DNA from: Minutocellus sp. GHC0000111
Lineage: Eukaryota
Reading direction: 5' to 3'
NCBI GenBank assembly: GCA_977018835.1
Contig: OZ361257.1
Coordinates: forward strand, 4,216,001 to 4,280,000
DNA: 64,000 nt
The translations under genes and the position numbers were made by a program. The notes below the pieces were generated by a model. The model had not been told where the DNA came from. It saw only the letters and a list, made by a program, of their open reading frames with translations, and searched no databases. Shown here piece after piece: positions 22,623-35,425 of this stretch (the stretch's first letter is position 1; every line of letters begins with the position of its first letter).

Positions 22623-23930
22623 ATGGAAGCTGGCGCCGGCACAAATCGGCGCAAGACCGGATCAAAAAAGCGCAGAAGAACATGGCGATCTGTTTCGTCT
22701 GCTGTTGCCATCGTGGTTGTGGTGATGATATCATCCCAGCTGATGCTCGTATTGCTATTTCTTGATGGCGAAAGAACTACTGGTCACCAACTCCTTGGTG
22801 AGTTGCAGTCGCCGCTACTAATATCAAGAATATATTTTGAAACGAATACGAGCGCATTACAAACAACCAAGCCCGGAAAGAAGGCCAATGAAGATCGCGT
22901 TGCCGTCAAAACACAGTGGTATCTTCTCGATGACTTAATACTCGCCTCAGGAAAGCCCTTCTCAGCAACTGAAAGAATTTCGACTAGCCCGTCCATACTT
23001 CGGCCAGGCGACCTCGGTTCTATGGGAATACAAATACAAACGCTGGAATCGGAATTGCCAACGTACACCTGGACAATGGATGTGGTGCACGCAGCATGGA
23101 CGCCGCTGCGTAGCGATTCAGTCCGTGCAACGGGGTTGGGTCCCGATGCAAGGGCCGCCTCCGATGGTGGGCTCGCTGTCCTGGGGAGCTGGCCTGAAAA
23201 GTTGTCGCGGCTATCGTATCTCCATTTGCACAAATGCGGTGGAACATCTCTCATGAATGCGATCGGGGATCTAAGGCAACGGCTGGGCGCCAAAGTCGAC
23301 GTTCATGGGACAGGCAGAAAACTGACCAAGATTTTCGAGGAAGCGCAGTCCGATCAAATCCAAGAGAGGCAACGAATATCCCGTTCAGGCAATGATACCG
23401 ATTCTAAAATGTTGGGAGGAAACGCAATCTTTACCGTGCTAAGAGATCCGGTATCTCGGTTTCTCTCCTCCACTGGAGAAATGATGAGGCATAATGAACT
23501 GCTGAAAACCTCGCTATCAAAAGAAGATTGCTTGAAAGGCTCGGTAACAGAACTCTTCCGGTGTGTATTGACAAGGTTGAAGCAATTGGGTCCCTCATTT
23601 GATCCACACTTCTATCCTCAGGTGATGGAAATAATGAAAATGACTTGGGAACAAAAGAATTTGTCCATCGGACTCTTTCCATTCGACGAAATAAAGAAGA
23701 TTCTCCTCGAGCTTGGGTGCGACAGGAATCGAAACGAAAGGCCACGGGCAGCTTCTTCCTACTTTGAAAGCATCATGAATGGAACCAAACACGAGGACTG
23801 GGCGGCTACTCTATCCAAGATGTCAGTGGACGATTTAAGTGAGGATATGAAGAGGGATGTCTGTCAAATTTATGACATGGACGTGAAGCTCATGCGCTAT
23901 TTTGGTATGCATGTTCCCTATTGTTCCTAG
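22623..23930 (+). CDS. Type II membrane sulfotransferase (Sulfotransfer_2-like)
   Basis: N-terminal TM segment; 5'-PSB YLHLHKCGGTS; 3'-PB FTVLRDPVSRFLS; C-terminal IY.MD..L..Y. Confidence 0.9.
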   Translation: MEAGAGTNRRKTGSKKRRRTWRSVSSAVAIVVVVMISSQLMLVLLFLDGERTTGHQLLGELQSPLLISRIYFETNTSALQTTKPGKKANEDRVAVKTQWYLLDDLILASGKPFSATERISTSPSILRPGDLGSMGIQIQTLESELPTYTWTMDVVHAAWTPLRSDSVRATGLGPDARAASDGGLAVLGSWPEKLSRLSYLHLHKCGGTSLMNAIGDLRQRLGAKVDVHGTGRKLTKIFEEAQSDQIQERQRISRSGNDTDSKMLGGNAIFTVLRDPVSRFLSSTGEMMRHNELLKTSLSKEDCLKGSVTELFRCVLTRLKQLGPSFDPHFYPQVMEIMKMTWEQKNLSIGLFPFDEIKKILLELGCDRNRNERPRAASSYFESIMNGTKHEDWAATLSKMSVDDLSEDMKRDVCQIYDMDVKLMRYFGMHVPYCS

Positions 23931-24118
23931 CTAGATCAAGCTACGTAGGTATCTGTAGCCATTCAAGTGTTGTTGTACTACAGAGATTCATTTTAAAAAA
24001 ATACACAATTTCAAATTATTTCGATAGATCTGAAGAACAAAAATCACAACATACAGAAGGATATATTTAATTTAGCCGCGTGGGAGCCATTAGTTCACAG
24101 ACAATATTTGAGGGAGAA

Positions 24119-26171
24119 TTAATTCCCCCCAAGGAAGAGCATTTCTGCCTCGGGATTGTCTGGGATTGGAGGCAACTCAATCGAAAATCTATTTCCTCCT
24201 AGCTCTTCGGGACAACCAATGAATAAATTCCATGCTGTCCCTTGATTCGGGGCTGTGATTAATACTTCGACCTTACTACTTGATCCCGAGAAAGAGAGGG
24301 AGAAGGAATTAGATCCAGAGACAAGCCCTCCCGTATCAAACAACACATTGCCTTCGTACGAGATCGTGAGAGCATCAGGAATGGTATACATCTGATAATA
24401 TACAGGAAAAGTGCCCGCGGTGAGAATCATATCGATCGTGAATCTATAGGTGCCCCTTCCACCTGATTCTCTTGTTGAGGGACACTTTTCGGCACACGCA
24501 TCTGACTGTTCATACTTGCTTTGGTCGGCAACTGCGTTCATTCTTGCAGTGTCCCCACCAAGGACCACACCAGAAAACATTCCCGCCGCTACTATTTCAC
24601 AAATAGGCTGAATTGGTGGCAGGATCATCACAATCACATTTTGCTGCGGAAGAGGACACGCATCTAGCAGGTTTTGATAGAAAGCAACGTCACAATCAAT
24701 TTTCGTGAAAGCATCATAAGCAGAGTAGCAAAAGTCGTGGATGCAACAAGCTGGGCCAAAATTGAATGCATACAGGTTGCCATCGAAGTTGAGGATTGAA
24801 CCTTTTTCACCACAACCATTATCACATTCATCTTTGCACTCAAAGCAATCAAAGGGATCGCCATCTTCACCAACATGGCAATTCGTCCAAATACAATTGC
24901 CATCTGAGTCTTTTGCTTGCCAGTCTGAACATGAAGCAACTTGTAGTTCTCTTGCGTGAGAAGATGTCTCGAGGCGGCGGGCGTTGGTGCTATGCGAGCA
25001 ACCGAAAGGGAGTTCGATGGCTCCATTCGATACCTCTTCGACGAAAAGACCTTCGGCAAATATGTCGGAGAATGTTGCAAAAACTGTTGTGAATAACTTT
25101 GCACCTGCGGATGGACCATCGGTAATAGAAACAATCTTTCTATAAAGGGGGGCACAGTCTAAGCAGACGTCGCCATTTGTCCCTATTGACACAATGAGGT
25201 GACCAACCTGTAGATTGCTGGCGACCTCTCCTTCGGCAAGAACAGTAGTTGCACTGCAGTCTAGGATACGGAAGGAATCGTCGTAACCAGTTGCAATTAC
25301 CGCGGGAACCGGCTCGTCGTTGGGGATGAAATACCACTTGGCGTACGGAGACGTGCGGCTCATTCCGTTTTCGTAGATCTGCCACATCGCATTCATTTCG
25401 CCAGGGCCGTCGCGGAAACGGACGATAACGCCGTCTTGATCACGGACCTTTAGCTTGGGGAGATGATCGTCACGGCCAGCCATGGGGGAACCGATCAGCC
25501 AGTAGCACCCATCGCCGAATATGATGTACAGGTAAGGAATGTTGCCAGCCTTCTCACCGATGCAGAGCTGCTTGGCGCCCTGGAAGGCCTTGTACACGGG
25601 CATGACCGGAGCATCCTCCATCAACAGCTGAAGGAAGGTATCGAATTTTTCAGACATATCAGAGAGAGGCCCTGTGCCAAGATATATTGAAGAAAATGTA
25701 TGGGAACATGCTATTCGAATTAGGAGAAATGAATTTCATGGCGCCATCAAATCGAGCCAAAGAAGACCAATTATAATATGCATCAATAGACTTACCTTTG
25801 GTAATGCCGAATGCCCACCCATCCTTGCCGATGCCTTCACCGATGTTGAAGCACTCTTCGCTGTTCTTGTTCTTGACTTCCATCGATCCACCATATTCGG
25901 CTGTGTCGATCGGGGCTCTCCACCAAAGTTCACGGCCATTGTTGGGTTTTCGCGACTTCTTCTGCTCAGCATGTCCAGTTTTGGAATCTACTTGAACAGG
26001 ACCCTCAGACAAGAACTTTTTCCAGTCTGAGGCCGAATGGTCAGTGACGACGGCACCAAAGGCGGCGGCGTGCATTTCGTCAAGCTTGCGCTGGCCCTTG
26101 GCATGCGTTTTTGCGGCCATGGTCGACGAGACGGCCAGCGAAATCGCAAGAAAAGCGGAAAGTTACTTCAT
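24119..26171 (-). pseudogene. Secreted multidomain phospholipase A2-like gene with TAA at codon 3; intron 25672-25795
   Basis: ATG AAG TAA CTT TCC GCT.. reads MK*LSAFLAISLAVSST (signal). A GTAAGT..CACAG intron joins ORF 25659-26120 in frame to 24119-25657. PLA2 motif NGCG..FGPACCIHDFCYS..KIDCDVAFYQNLLDAC. Confidence 0.8.
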
Positions 26172-26728
26172 TTTTATCTTTGAGTATTGATTTGACGTAA
26201 AAGTGCAACGTTGGCCTAGATATATATAGGTTCAATTCAATGAGTTGATGGCAGACAAGTGAAAGTCAAAGTAGCCCGAGAGGAAACAAAAAAAATGTTC
26301 GTTCGCCTGCCGTAATTGCAAATAATGCGAGATGTTGACCCCGGCCTCACGATGTTACTGTTCTGATTCGGCACACAAAAGCTACGCAGCCAATGTGACT
26401 TTTGGCGATGAATATGCTAATTCCTAATGGCAGACCGCTCGCGCCATCATGGCGGCCGGCCTTGCTTCTTCGCTTGGTTGTGATGGCTTTCTGGCGATCG
26501 GAATGCTTTTTCCTCGGTCGAACGAGTCTGAAAGAGCATGGAAGGGGCGCCTACATGGTTAATTCGGAGTCGGGAAGATCCGACTTCCAGTCAAACGGCA
26601 GTGCCGAACTGCGAACCGAACGCGAGATGCAAAGCAAAGGCCCGCCGGCACCGTAAGCGCAGGCATTGAGTCTTCCTTCTCTTCATAGCTCCGCTCTCGC
26701 CTTATCATCGCGCCAAAATTTTCAGATT

Positions 26729-27130
26729 ATGCTTTTCATGTCTCGCCTCAACATTTGTGCCGTCGCGGTCGGCATTCTCCATCCTGCCATATCATCTGGC
26801 GTTTCTGCCCAGATCGAGCGGGATGGCTACCGGCAGGTCAACACGCTGCTATCTGCAAGTACAACGCATTATTCGCCTTCCCCGACGGCGTCGATGGGGA
26901 CGAATACTGCTCGAAGAACGTCGTCGATCCGGACACTTGCACGCGAAAGTGGGACAACCGCGAGGAGCCCGCCAGTATTCTAGCCAAGATCGTCACCACG
27001 GGCAGGTTCAAGTGGTGCATCCTCGAGCGACATTTGTCCTGACAACGACGATTCCTGCATCAAGAATGGATATGTGGGAGTTGCCGAGGAGGACAACGAG
27101 CTGCAGGGCATTGTCGAGGGTGACTACTAA
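26729..27130 (+). pseudogene. Frameshifted remnant of a small secreted Cys-containing protein
   Basis: Signal-like MLFMSRLNICAVAVGIL..VSAQ, then protein-like segments in successive frames (ICKYNALFAFPDG..CTRKW; CPDNDDSCIKNGYVG). Confidence 0.35.
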
Positions 27131-27167
27131 TTTTCGTTACTAGATATAATCACCGTCCTCTCCCCTC

Positions 27168-27470
27168 TCAACTATCGGACCCTCTAGAAGTAGTCATCGT
27201 TTGAGGAACTTCCTTCTCTAATTCGCCGTAGCGGATACGCTTGCTCTGTCGTTCTTTCCTTCTCTTGTTGCTGGATCCGTCCTTGCGCCTTTTCGCCTTC
27301 TCTGAGAGTTGGAGCTGCTCCTCGTGATCCCCTTGGGTGGGAGGCTCGTCCTGGACATGGGCATAGTAGTCACCACGAGCAAAGTAGTACCGCCGGCGAC
27401 CAGAGGTGGAGCTTTGGCGAGAGCACCAGTTCTTACTGAAGCCGGGAACGGGTTGCTTGGTGGAGGACAT
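27168..27470 (-). CDS. Small basic protein with a degenerate WW-like motif
   Basis: VPGFSKNWCSRQSSTSGRRRYYF..VQDEPP followed by a K/R-rich tail. Confidence 0.35.
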   Translation of the reverse strand: MSSTKQPVPGFSKNWCSRQSSTSGRRRYYFARGDYYAHVQDEPPTQGDHEEQLQLSEKAKRRKDGSSNKRRKERQSKRIRYGELEKEVPQTMTTSRGSDS

Positions 27471-27736
27471 GGTGGCGAGTGGTAGAGCTCAAGCTCTCGA
27501 AGAAGTTTGAAACTTCACTCATGAAAAAATATTTTCATGCAAGCGGTCCAGAGTGCGATATATATTGAAATAGACGAACATAAAATGAAGCTGCACCAGG
27601 TAGAGACGGTGGTTGATTGTTGTGCTTGTTGTATGTATTTGACTTGTTGCCTACAGTCCAACTCGGTTATATTCTACTCTACTGCCACAATCATTTCCCT
27701 TTCCACCAATTCTCCGACCAACATCTCATGATCAAT

Positions 27737-30387
27737 TTAGTTCGCCAGAAGTCGCTGGCGGGGATCTTTGCTGGCAATCATCTGCACGCCCGCGAGCGCG
27801 TCTTGTTCGCTGCAGTCCTGATTAGTATACCCCTGAAAGCACTTGCAAACGCCACGCTCGGGATCGCAGTTGCCGCGGCCACTGTGATATCAGAAAGATA
27901 ATCGAAGATAAATGATATAATGGAGTGAGCCCATTGTTCAATTTTCAATACAAAATCCTTCACAACGATCCCCACCGTACCCCGCCCCCAACCATACTCA
28001 CCTGCACTCCTCAACAAAATTGATCACCTCCCAACCACTCTCCTCAGAAGGAGGAGTAAAGTGGAAGAGCTGGACCAGGCCGGCATTGTCCGCCCAGTTG
28101 GCGTCGGTACCGTCGCCGTTGTTGCCAGCATCGCCGAGAGCGGAGCCATCCCACTTGATGTTCTTGTCGAGAGTAATCTCGTAAATGTTGGCATACTTCT
28201 TGAGGGTCGGATCACCAGTAACGTCAATGGGGATGGTAATGTCGGTGGTAGAATCAGCAGCAAGAGGAAGCTTGGTCACCTTCTTCACCGTGTAGATAAC
28301 ATTGCCAGTGCCGTAGTTCACGGCAGTGGAATCAGCGCACGCGGACGAAAGAGCAGGGCCTCCGTGGAAAGCATTGACAGTACCAGCGCCCTGGTCGCCC
28401 TCGCCCCAGCAGCCGTCCACCAAGAAGATCATATCGCCCTTCTGGACACAGCGGTGGTTGCGATCACCAGAGTCGGGGTTGTTGTCGCACGAGGAATCAA
28501 ACGAGGTGTAGAGCTTGTTGTCCCACTGGTTGAAATAGCCAGTGATGCGAGTCGAGGAGGCTCCACCAGCAGAGTTGTCGGCAATCTTCTGCGCGGCCTC
28601 GTTGCCCCAACCGAGCTGCTGGACGACGCCAGTCGAAGTGTAAACATAGCTCTCGACGGCCTCGTGACGAGTATTGGCTCCATTGTTGAGATTGGCCACA
28701 CGGAACTCCTTGCCAGGAGCAGCCGTCTCATCAAAGAAGACCAGGTAGTACTCGCCATAGGTGAACTTGTCATATCCAGCCGCCGTCTCGGTAGGAACGA
28801 CCTTAATGGCATGGGGGAAGGCACCAATCATATTGTACGTGGTGGGACCAGCACCATCGGCCTCAACGACAAAGCCCTTGTCCCAGTTGGCCACGTCGAC
28901 GTTGTTCTCGGGATCCCAATCGGAATCGCCCAGACAGCGCTTGAGGGTCTTGGCCTCGGCGGGGGTGAGGTCACCGTCGGGTCCGGTCAGATATCCGAGC
29001 GATCCAGGGCGGACGTCGACGTTCCAGGAATCATCGGCATCGCTGGAATCGGCCAGAACCTTGACGGTAAGGCCCTCGCAGCGGGTGGGGAAGTAGTCCT
29101 TGGCCTCGCCATTGACGGTGGTGGCAACGCCCATGGTAATCTCGCCGTCGCCAAAGAGATGGCCGGTGCTGGCGTCGATGATGGTGGAACGCTTGCCATC
29201 CAAGTACTCGAGGATCTCAATCTCCTTGAGAAGACCCGGATTGCCGAGGAACTTGAGCTCGTACTCGATGCCACGGTTGGTATCCACAACAGTCTGGGTA
29301 CACTCAATGTCGGGGACAACGCCGTTGGGCAGAGCCTTGAAGGCGGCAACCACATAGTCGCAATGGTCAACGCCATCAATCACACCGGTGCCATCGAGAG
29401 GGAGAGGATCGGTGATGTAGTCCTCGCCGTGGGCATCATAGAAAACGAGAGCATACTCTCCCGACAAAACACTGGAATTGGTCGTCTCGAAACGGACGGC
29501 AGTGTGAGTGACGCGAGCGGTGGCATCGTCGGTATACAGAGGATCAATGTTGTGGAGGCACAAACGCTCGTGGCAGTCCGGTCCGCCGTAGCCAGGGTCG
29601 CACTTGCAGGCCATGGTAACGTCGTGATCCCACAGAGCGTAACGGTTGCCACCGTCCTCCTCGGCCATGTCGGCAATGCTCTCGCAGGTACCGTGGCCAG
29701 AGCACATGCCAATCATGGGAGTATGGTTGGGACGGCCGGTGAAGGAACTCTTGTGTCCCTTGGTGGCAAGGCCCTGGAGGTTGCTCTTGAGCTCGGTCTG
29801 GGTGGAGGGGTTGGGATTGTGGACGGAGCCACGGGCACTGGGACAGGAGGCACGGTTGCAGGCGGCTCCGTCGTATCCGGGAAGGCACTCGCACATGCCG
29901 GTGAGGCGGTCGCAAAGGCCCTTGTTGGAGCACTCGGCATACTCGTGGGCGGTGTCGATGAGGGTGTTGCCGGCAGTATCGCGCATGTCCGGAAAGGCCT
30001 CAGTGACTCCGTGCGGATACATGGTAGATCCCTCAATGACGAGGGTATCGAGGGTATCGAGGGAATCGATGGAATTGGAGCCATCCATATCGCCAAGGGG
30101 CGTGCTGACGTGCGCCTTGCCGAAGGGACATTGGCGAAGGCTGCAGTCGCTTCCGGTCCATCCAGGGTCGCCTGTTTTGTAGAGATGGAGAGGAGGAAGG
30201 GGATGGTTAGTACTGAGGTGGAAAGGTTAGCAGGTTGACGAGACAGGGGGAACAGGGAGAGGGACTACTTACAGTAACAGCTATCATGGCTCCCGCATAC
30301 CCCATGTCCCCCGCAGCCATTCGGGCAATGAGCTTGAACGCCAGCAAGACTGGCAACGACGAGGAGGGCAATGGCGGTGATACGCAT
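27737..30387 (-). CDS. SIG1: Tubular mastigoneme / sexually induced gene 1-like EGF-repeat protein (~809 aa, 3 exons)
   Basis: Exons 30273-30387, 28002-30171 and 27737-27881 with GT-AG introns in frame. Signal peptide, HCPNGCGGHG.C, TAHEYAECSNKGLCDR..G.C.C.PGYDG.AC.RASCP, terminal ECSGRGNCD..CKCFQGYT..DCS.QDALA. Confidence 0.88.
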
Positions 30388-30653
30388 GGTACAAAGCAGA
30401 TAGTTGGGTTGGGTTGGGGCCTCTTTCAGGGAGAAGTGACTGCTCGAACTGCTTGAAGGATCTTGCATCGACATCGACACACGTCAATCAATTCATTTTT
30501 GCTGATCGAATGAGTCGATTGGTCCATTCATTCAAATTTGAAAAAAAAAATGATCTGCAGAGCAGCTCTCCTTTGTTCACAATTTTCAATATTGGAGTCC
30601 TCGTTCAGCAATACAACTGTATCTTTGCAACAATCTCCTTCCTTCTACCACCG

Positions 30654-33588
30654 ATGGATCTACAGGAGGAGCGTACTCCGCCTCCGCCCCCACCTCCACC
30701 GCTCAAAAGCGGTGATACCGACGATGACATGGAGATGGAGTCCCCGACGGCCACCAACCTGTCGTCGTCGACGGCCTCTTTGACCGCCTTCTCGTCGTCG
30801 TCACCCTCGTCGTCGTCCTCATCGTCATCATCCAACGGCATCAGCCCCATGGAGATAGAGCTGGCCCAACCATCAGCATCACCACCACCACCGCCCACCG
30901 CCTTGGTCGTCGCCGAGCAGCCATCTTCGACGGCTCCGTTACCACCACCCGCTCCCATCACATTGGATATGGGTTCAGAAGAAGCCGCGAAGAATCTCAT
31001 CCAATACCACTACTCACATCCCGATGAGGCCGCCCAGCTCACCAAGAAGGTTGAATTGACCTCGTTCATCAAGGCCGAGATTGACCGGAAGACAGTTCAT
31101 GTGCCAAGCTCTGAACGAAAAGCGAACCAAGGCGCAACTATCGCGGCAACTCTCATTAGTCGACTTCCCATGCTCGTTGAAATATTCTCCACCGGCGTAA
31201 AAGCTTCGGAGTCGAATCAATCGACAGTACATTCGTGACGTGTACCATCGCATCGGTGACGGCAAGCCCGGTTTCGATGTTCATGCGCATCTCTTCTCCA
31301 TGCTTGACATCCCGAAGCCCCAGTCCAAAAGAGAATACTTTCTTGAAAAGCTAGAACTCATTTCCCGGTACGTAGCACAGTGCGAGGCAAGAGGCGAGCC
31401 TATCAACCCCCGAAAGGTGCCATCTTGGACTCAGATTGGAGATGAAGAGGCTACGCCAGAAATCTACCGTTTCTTGACCAAGGTCTTTGCCGGTCAGTAC
31501 GACGAAGATCTCGAATTCCAGAAGATTCTTCCTCAGCTCGAGGCGCTTCTGAATACCACCATCTCCAAACCCCTTCCCTTTGATGAGCTCCGCGCCGTCA
31601 TTGACACAACCTACGCCAACCTCAAGTGCAAGGATCTTTCCATCCACCTCGCCAAGGTCCCCGAAATCCACAAGCGCGGATTCGGTGTCAGCATTACCTC
31701 GACCGACCCCAACTATCTGGCCCTCATGGATACTACCGGCACCATCAAGATCAACGCCAAGATCAATGCGGTCTCAGAGCTTCTGTCGGGCATTCCTCTG
31801 AATCTTGTCACAGACGACGATAAGAGCGTCCTTTACTCCGTCGTCGCCATTCTGTTCCAAGAGCTGTGCATAGCCGAGGCCGATGGTACCAATCGCATGT
31901 CCGGTGCAGAGCTGAAACAGCTTACCGCCGACGTTCTCAGGAGACAAGACGAATATCTCAAGCGATTCGAGCACATCCCCCATGCTGACCGACATGCGCG
32001 GTTCCAGTGTGGAACCGATGGCGAGGGACATCACCCGATCCAAGTCACCGCGAGAGATCAAGATTCCATTACGCTCCGCGACTTCCTCACCAATATTGGT
32101 TATGCTCCCGCGGCCGCTCATTCCATGGCAAAGCTCAAGAAGGAGACCAATACGGGCAGGCTCATGCTCGCTATTTGAGCGGTGTACCACAAGGATAAGT
32201 GGATTTGTGAGGTTGGAAGCGCCGTGTCCATGGTTCAGAATAAGGCCGGCTGGATGCGCGAGGGTCGGCGAACTTACAACTTCAGCAAGGAGGCTCAAAT
32301 TCCACCGGAAACCATTGTTGTCACCCATCACGAGAGAGTCCTAAATACCATCGAGGAGGCATCCCATTTTCACCTCAAGGCTCCCGGTGGCTTTCTCGAC
32401 GCAACCAAGTGCCCACCTCCATTTGCTTCCGAGCAGAAACGTCCATCTTACCTCCCCCCTCCGAAGAAGAACTCAAGGAAGACGAAGGCCGCCGGAGATG
32501 ACTTGGCCGCTGCTACCAGTCGCAAGGAAATCGAGGCAGCCCTGCAGGAGGTCCAAGAATCGGCTGATATCTCAGAAGAAGCCAAGGCTGTGCTTGCCGG
32601 GATGCTCAAGATGTCCGATCGTCTGTCTGTCCTCGAGCAGAAGCAAAAGGACGATGCCGCCAAACCTGCTCCCAAGCCCAAGGTCCTGACCCTTCAGGAT
32701 ATCACCAATCTTGGCCGTGGTAATGCCAATCCGGTGGCAGCATCGTCCAGTACCATCTATACCGTTAAGGCAGCGAATGACCAATCCATCGGTGCCAGTG
32801 GCGTCTCAACGAATAATGCCGCGTTTGGCGCAGCAGCGCATACATGTAGGAGAAGAGGTGAGCCGACTCAGCAACTTGTCGTATCTCAGGAAGACGAGAA
32901 TGAAATTCTCCGAAAGAGAATCAACGATCTCGAGGAACAGTTGGAAAGGAAGGATCTTGCAACGGACGAATCACTCCAAGAAGAGCAGCAAAGCCACGAG
33001 AAGACCAAGATTGCGTTGACCGGTTTGAAGGATACCCACAAGAAACTCCAGCAAGAGCGCAGAATTCTCACACCGCAGCAGAGGGCCGATATCGATCTCC
33101 AGGCTTCCAGACTCGCAGCATTTGACGCCAAGGAAAATGAGTGGGAGGCAGAGAGAGCAAAATGTGAGCGTCAACTGCAAAATGCCCAATATCTGTGGAA
33201 GACTGCCGAGAGAGAGCGAGACGCAGCCCGGAGCGAATGTCGAGAACTCGATGAAGAATTGTGCTGTCTTCGATCTTCTACAGCTTCTGCGGAGCCATCC
33301 AATCAACCAAGAATCAACAGCAGGTCTCAGATGATTGAGAATAGCTCTGTATTGCACGATCAGCAGAGCTCCGATGTGGATGGGGGATATGACCTTCTAC
33401 CCCCGAATTGGGAGAAGCTCTTTTCAAAGAAAGCTGGTCGGCCCTACTACCGGTACTCCGATGGGACGAATGAGTTCAGCCAGTGGCACTTTCCCACGAA
33501 TAGTGAGGTCGCGGATCCTACCACGGCGATGGAACGGGTGAACAAGAATACATCAGAGGAACGGAGAAAGAGGCAGAGGATTGATTAG
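30654..33588 (+). pseudogene. Large disrupted gene: Pro/Ser-rich N-terminus, HNH-like motif, coiled coil, C-terminal WW domain
   Basis: Three ORFs join through one extra A at ~31199-31202 and an in-frame TGA at 32176-32178. WW: LPPNWEKLFSKKAGRPYY....SQWHFP. Confidence 0.65.
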
Positions 33589-33713
33589 ATGTTCTAAACT
33601 ATATATATGTAGCTACAAATTATATGTATCCTGTCTAATTCGCAAAGAGCTACTCACACATGTATGTCAGTGCTGCTTTTCACCATTCACTTCTGATACT
33701 AAGTACCCTCCGA

Positions 33714-34793
33714 TCAACACTTCTGATACTTGGTGCTAGTAACAAACTCAATCCGGGCCTGGCGCATAATGCCCTGACCGTCATTATCAGCCCCACGCGC
33801 CCACACCCTTTCGAAGATTTGTTTGATCCGTCCCAATTCCATATCCTGCACCAGTTGCAAATGCCGCTCGGGCTCACTGGAGCTGCTCCCTGCCGTTTGC
33901 TTCTGCTCATCGTCTTTGCCCCGCATACTCCTCGGCGGTACCAGCATGTACACCACGCTCACCCCCTCGCACCATTTGCGTCTCAATGCCAGCTCGACCT
34001 CCCGTCCCAATTCTTCGAGTACCTCCATCCCATGCGCATCCTTGCCGACATCCAACAACTGCGCCCACAGGTTGGTCCTCGGACCGAACTTGTCGATCCC
34101 CACCCCGTTGATAATGTCACCAAACACATGCTCGCCGGACGTCCAGGCACGGTCCCACTCGGAGCGGTGCGTTTGCCGATCAAACGTCCCACCCGTGGCG
34201 AGGTTGGCGGGGATGGCATCGTGGACGTTGAGATGGGACGCATGACGCTTGGAACCGGCCACGAGGAGGTAAATGTCGCGGGAGGGTGGTAGCGGTGCCG
34301 CGGGGGGTGGTAGTGCCAGATCGGACAGTTTTCGTGCTGGTGCTGCTGATGGCTGTTGGTGTTGAGCATGCTGCGATGCCTGCTCTTGTTGTTGCTGTTC
34401 ATCTTCAAACAATTGCTGCTGTACTTCCTGCATTACTGCACCGCCGCCCCACTTGCCGCGGCTGGGCAGCATCGACGGCGTCCCAATCACCGTGGGCAAA
34501 CCACCTCTCGCCGGCGGTGCCGGAACATCACCCTCGTCCCTACTCATACTGGCATCGACCTCCATATCCTCCACACCGCCACCAATCTCATCGACAGAGG
34601 AGTGTGCATTCGCCTTGGCCTGGGCGTTCTCCGCTCAAGTAACCGTGAGGGCCGGAGCACCGCTCTGCGGATTCATGGCCACGTTGTCGTCCTCGTTGGT
34701 CAGCGTGTCGATGGCACGAACTACCGCGTCGACGAACGACCCGCGGTACGTGTCGCCGATGTCCTCCGCGAGGACCAGGATGACTGCCGCCAT
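33714..34793 (-). pseudogene. Hypothetical protein gene with an in-frame TGA at 34635-34637
   Basis: ORFs 34635-34859 and 33714-34574 share a frame; ATG 34793 starts MAAVILVLAED. No family recognised. Confidence 0.5.
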
Positions 34794-35425
34794 TGGATTG
34801 TTGTGTGTTGTTTTGGTTTCTTGTTTCGTATGTGTGCAATTGAATGAATGAAATTGCACGTACTGAAATTTGGAGATACCGACAAGACTTTCAACTGATC
34901 AATCTCGTCCAAGTCCCAAAAAATAAACGAAAGGGCTTTTTTTTTCTTTTGGGAAGATTGGATACTAACTTTCAGTTCCACAGGCGGTGATCGGATGGAA
35001 TGGAAAAGCGTTCGATCGCGTGACGAATTGTGATGGCTGGGAACAATTCTTCACGAAGCGAAGACGCGCACTGAAACACAAGCAGGCACAAGATGTGTTG
35101 GTTTCGAATGATACAAAGATACGCAGCGTCCCGAAGGGTTGGATACAATGCGGTCAGCGATTGAGGCTACTGTGCGTTCTTCACGATACTAGTAGTCGGG
35201 TCGTTAATAGTTCTGATGTCATGGAGCGAGGAACAAATGACAGGACATGACGGCGACTACCACCTGCAAAGGGTTATGAGTCCAAAATCGAGTTGATTCG
35301 TCTGGCCGTCGCCCGAGCCCGCCAGCCAAATTTGAGCTGTGAAAATGAGGCACATGATGTGTGTGTTCCTCGCTCAAAATAACAACACGGTATCTCTTTG
35401 AATATACTCTATTCATACCACCATC

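Noticed and set aside
28061..30238. 725-aa plus-strand ORF
   Set aside because: Antisense shadow of the codon-biased SIG1-like exon, with no recognisable motifs.
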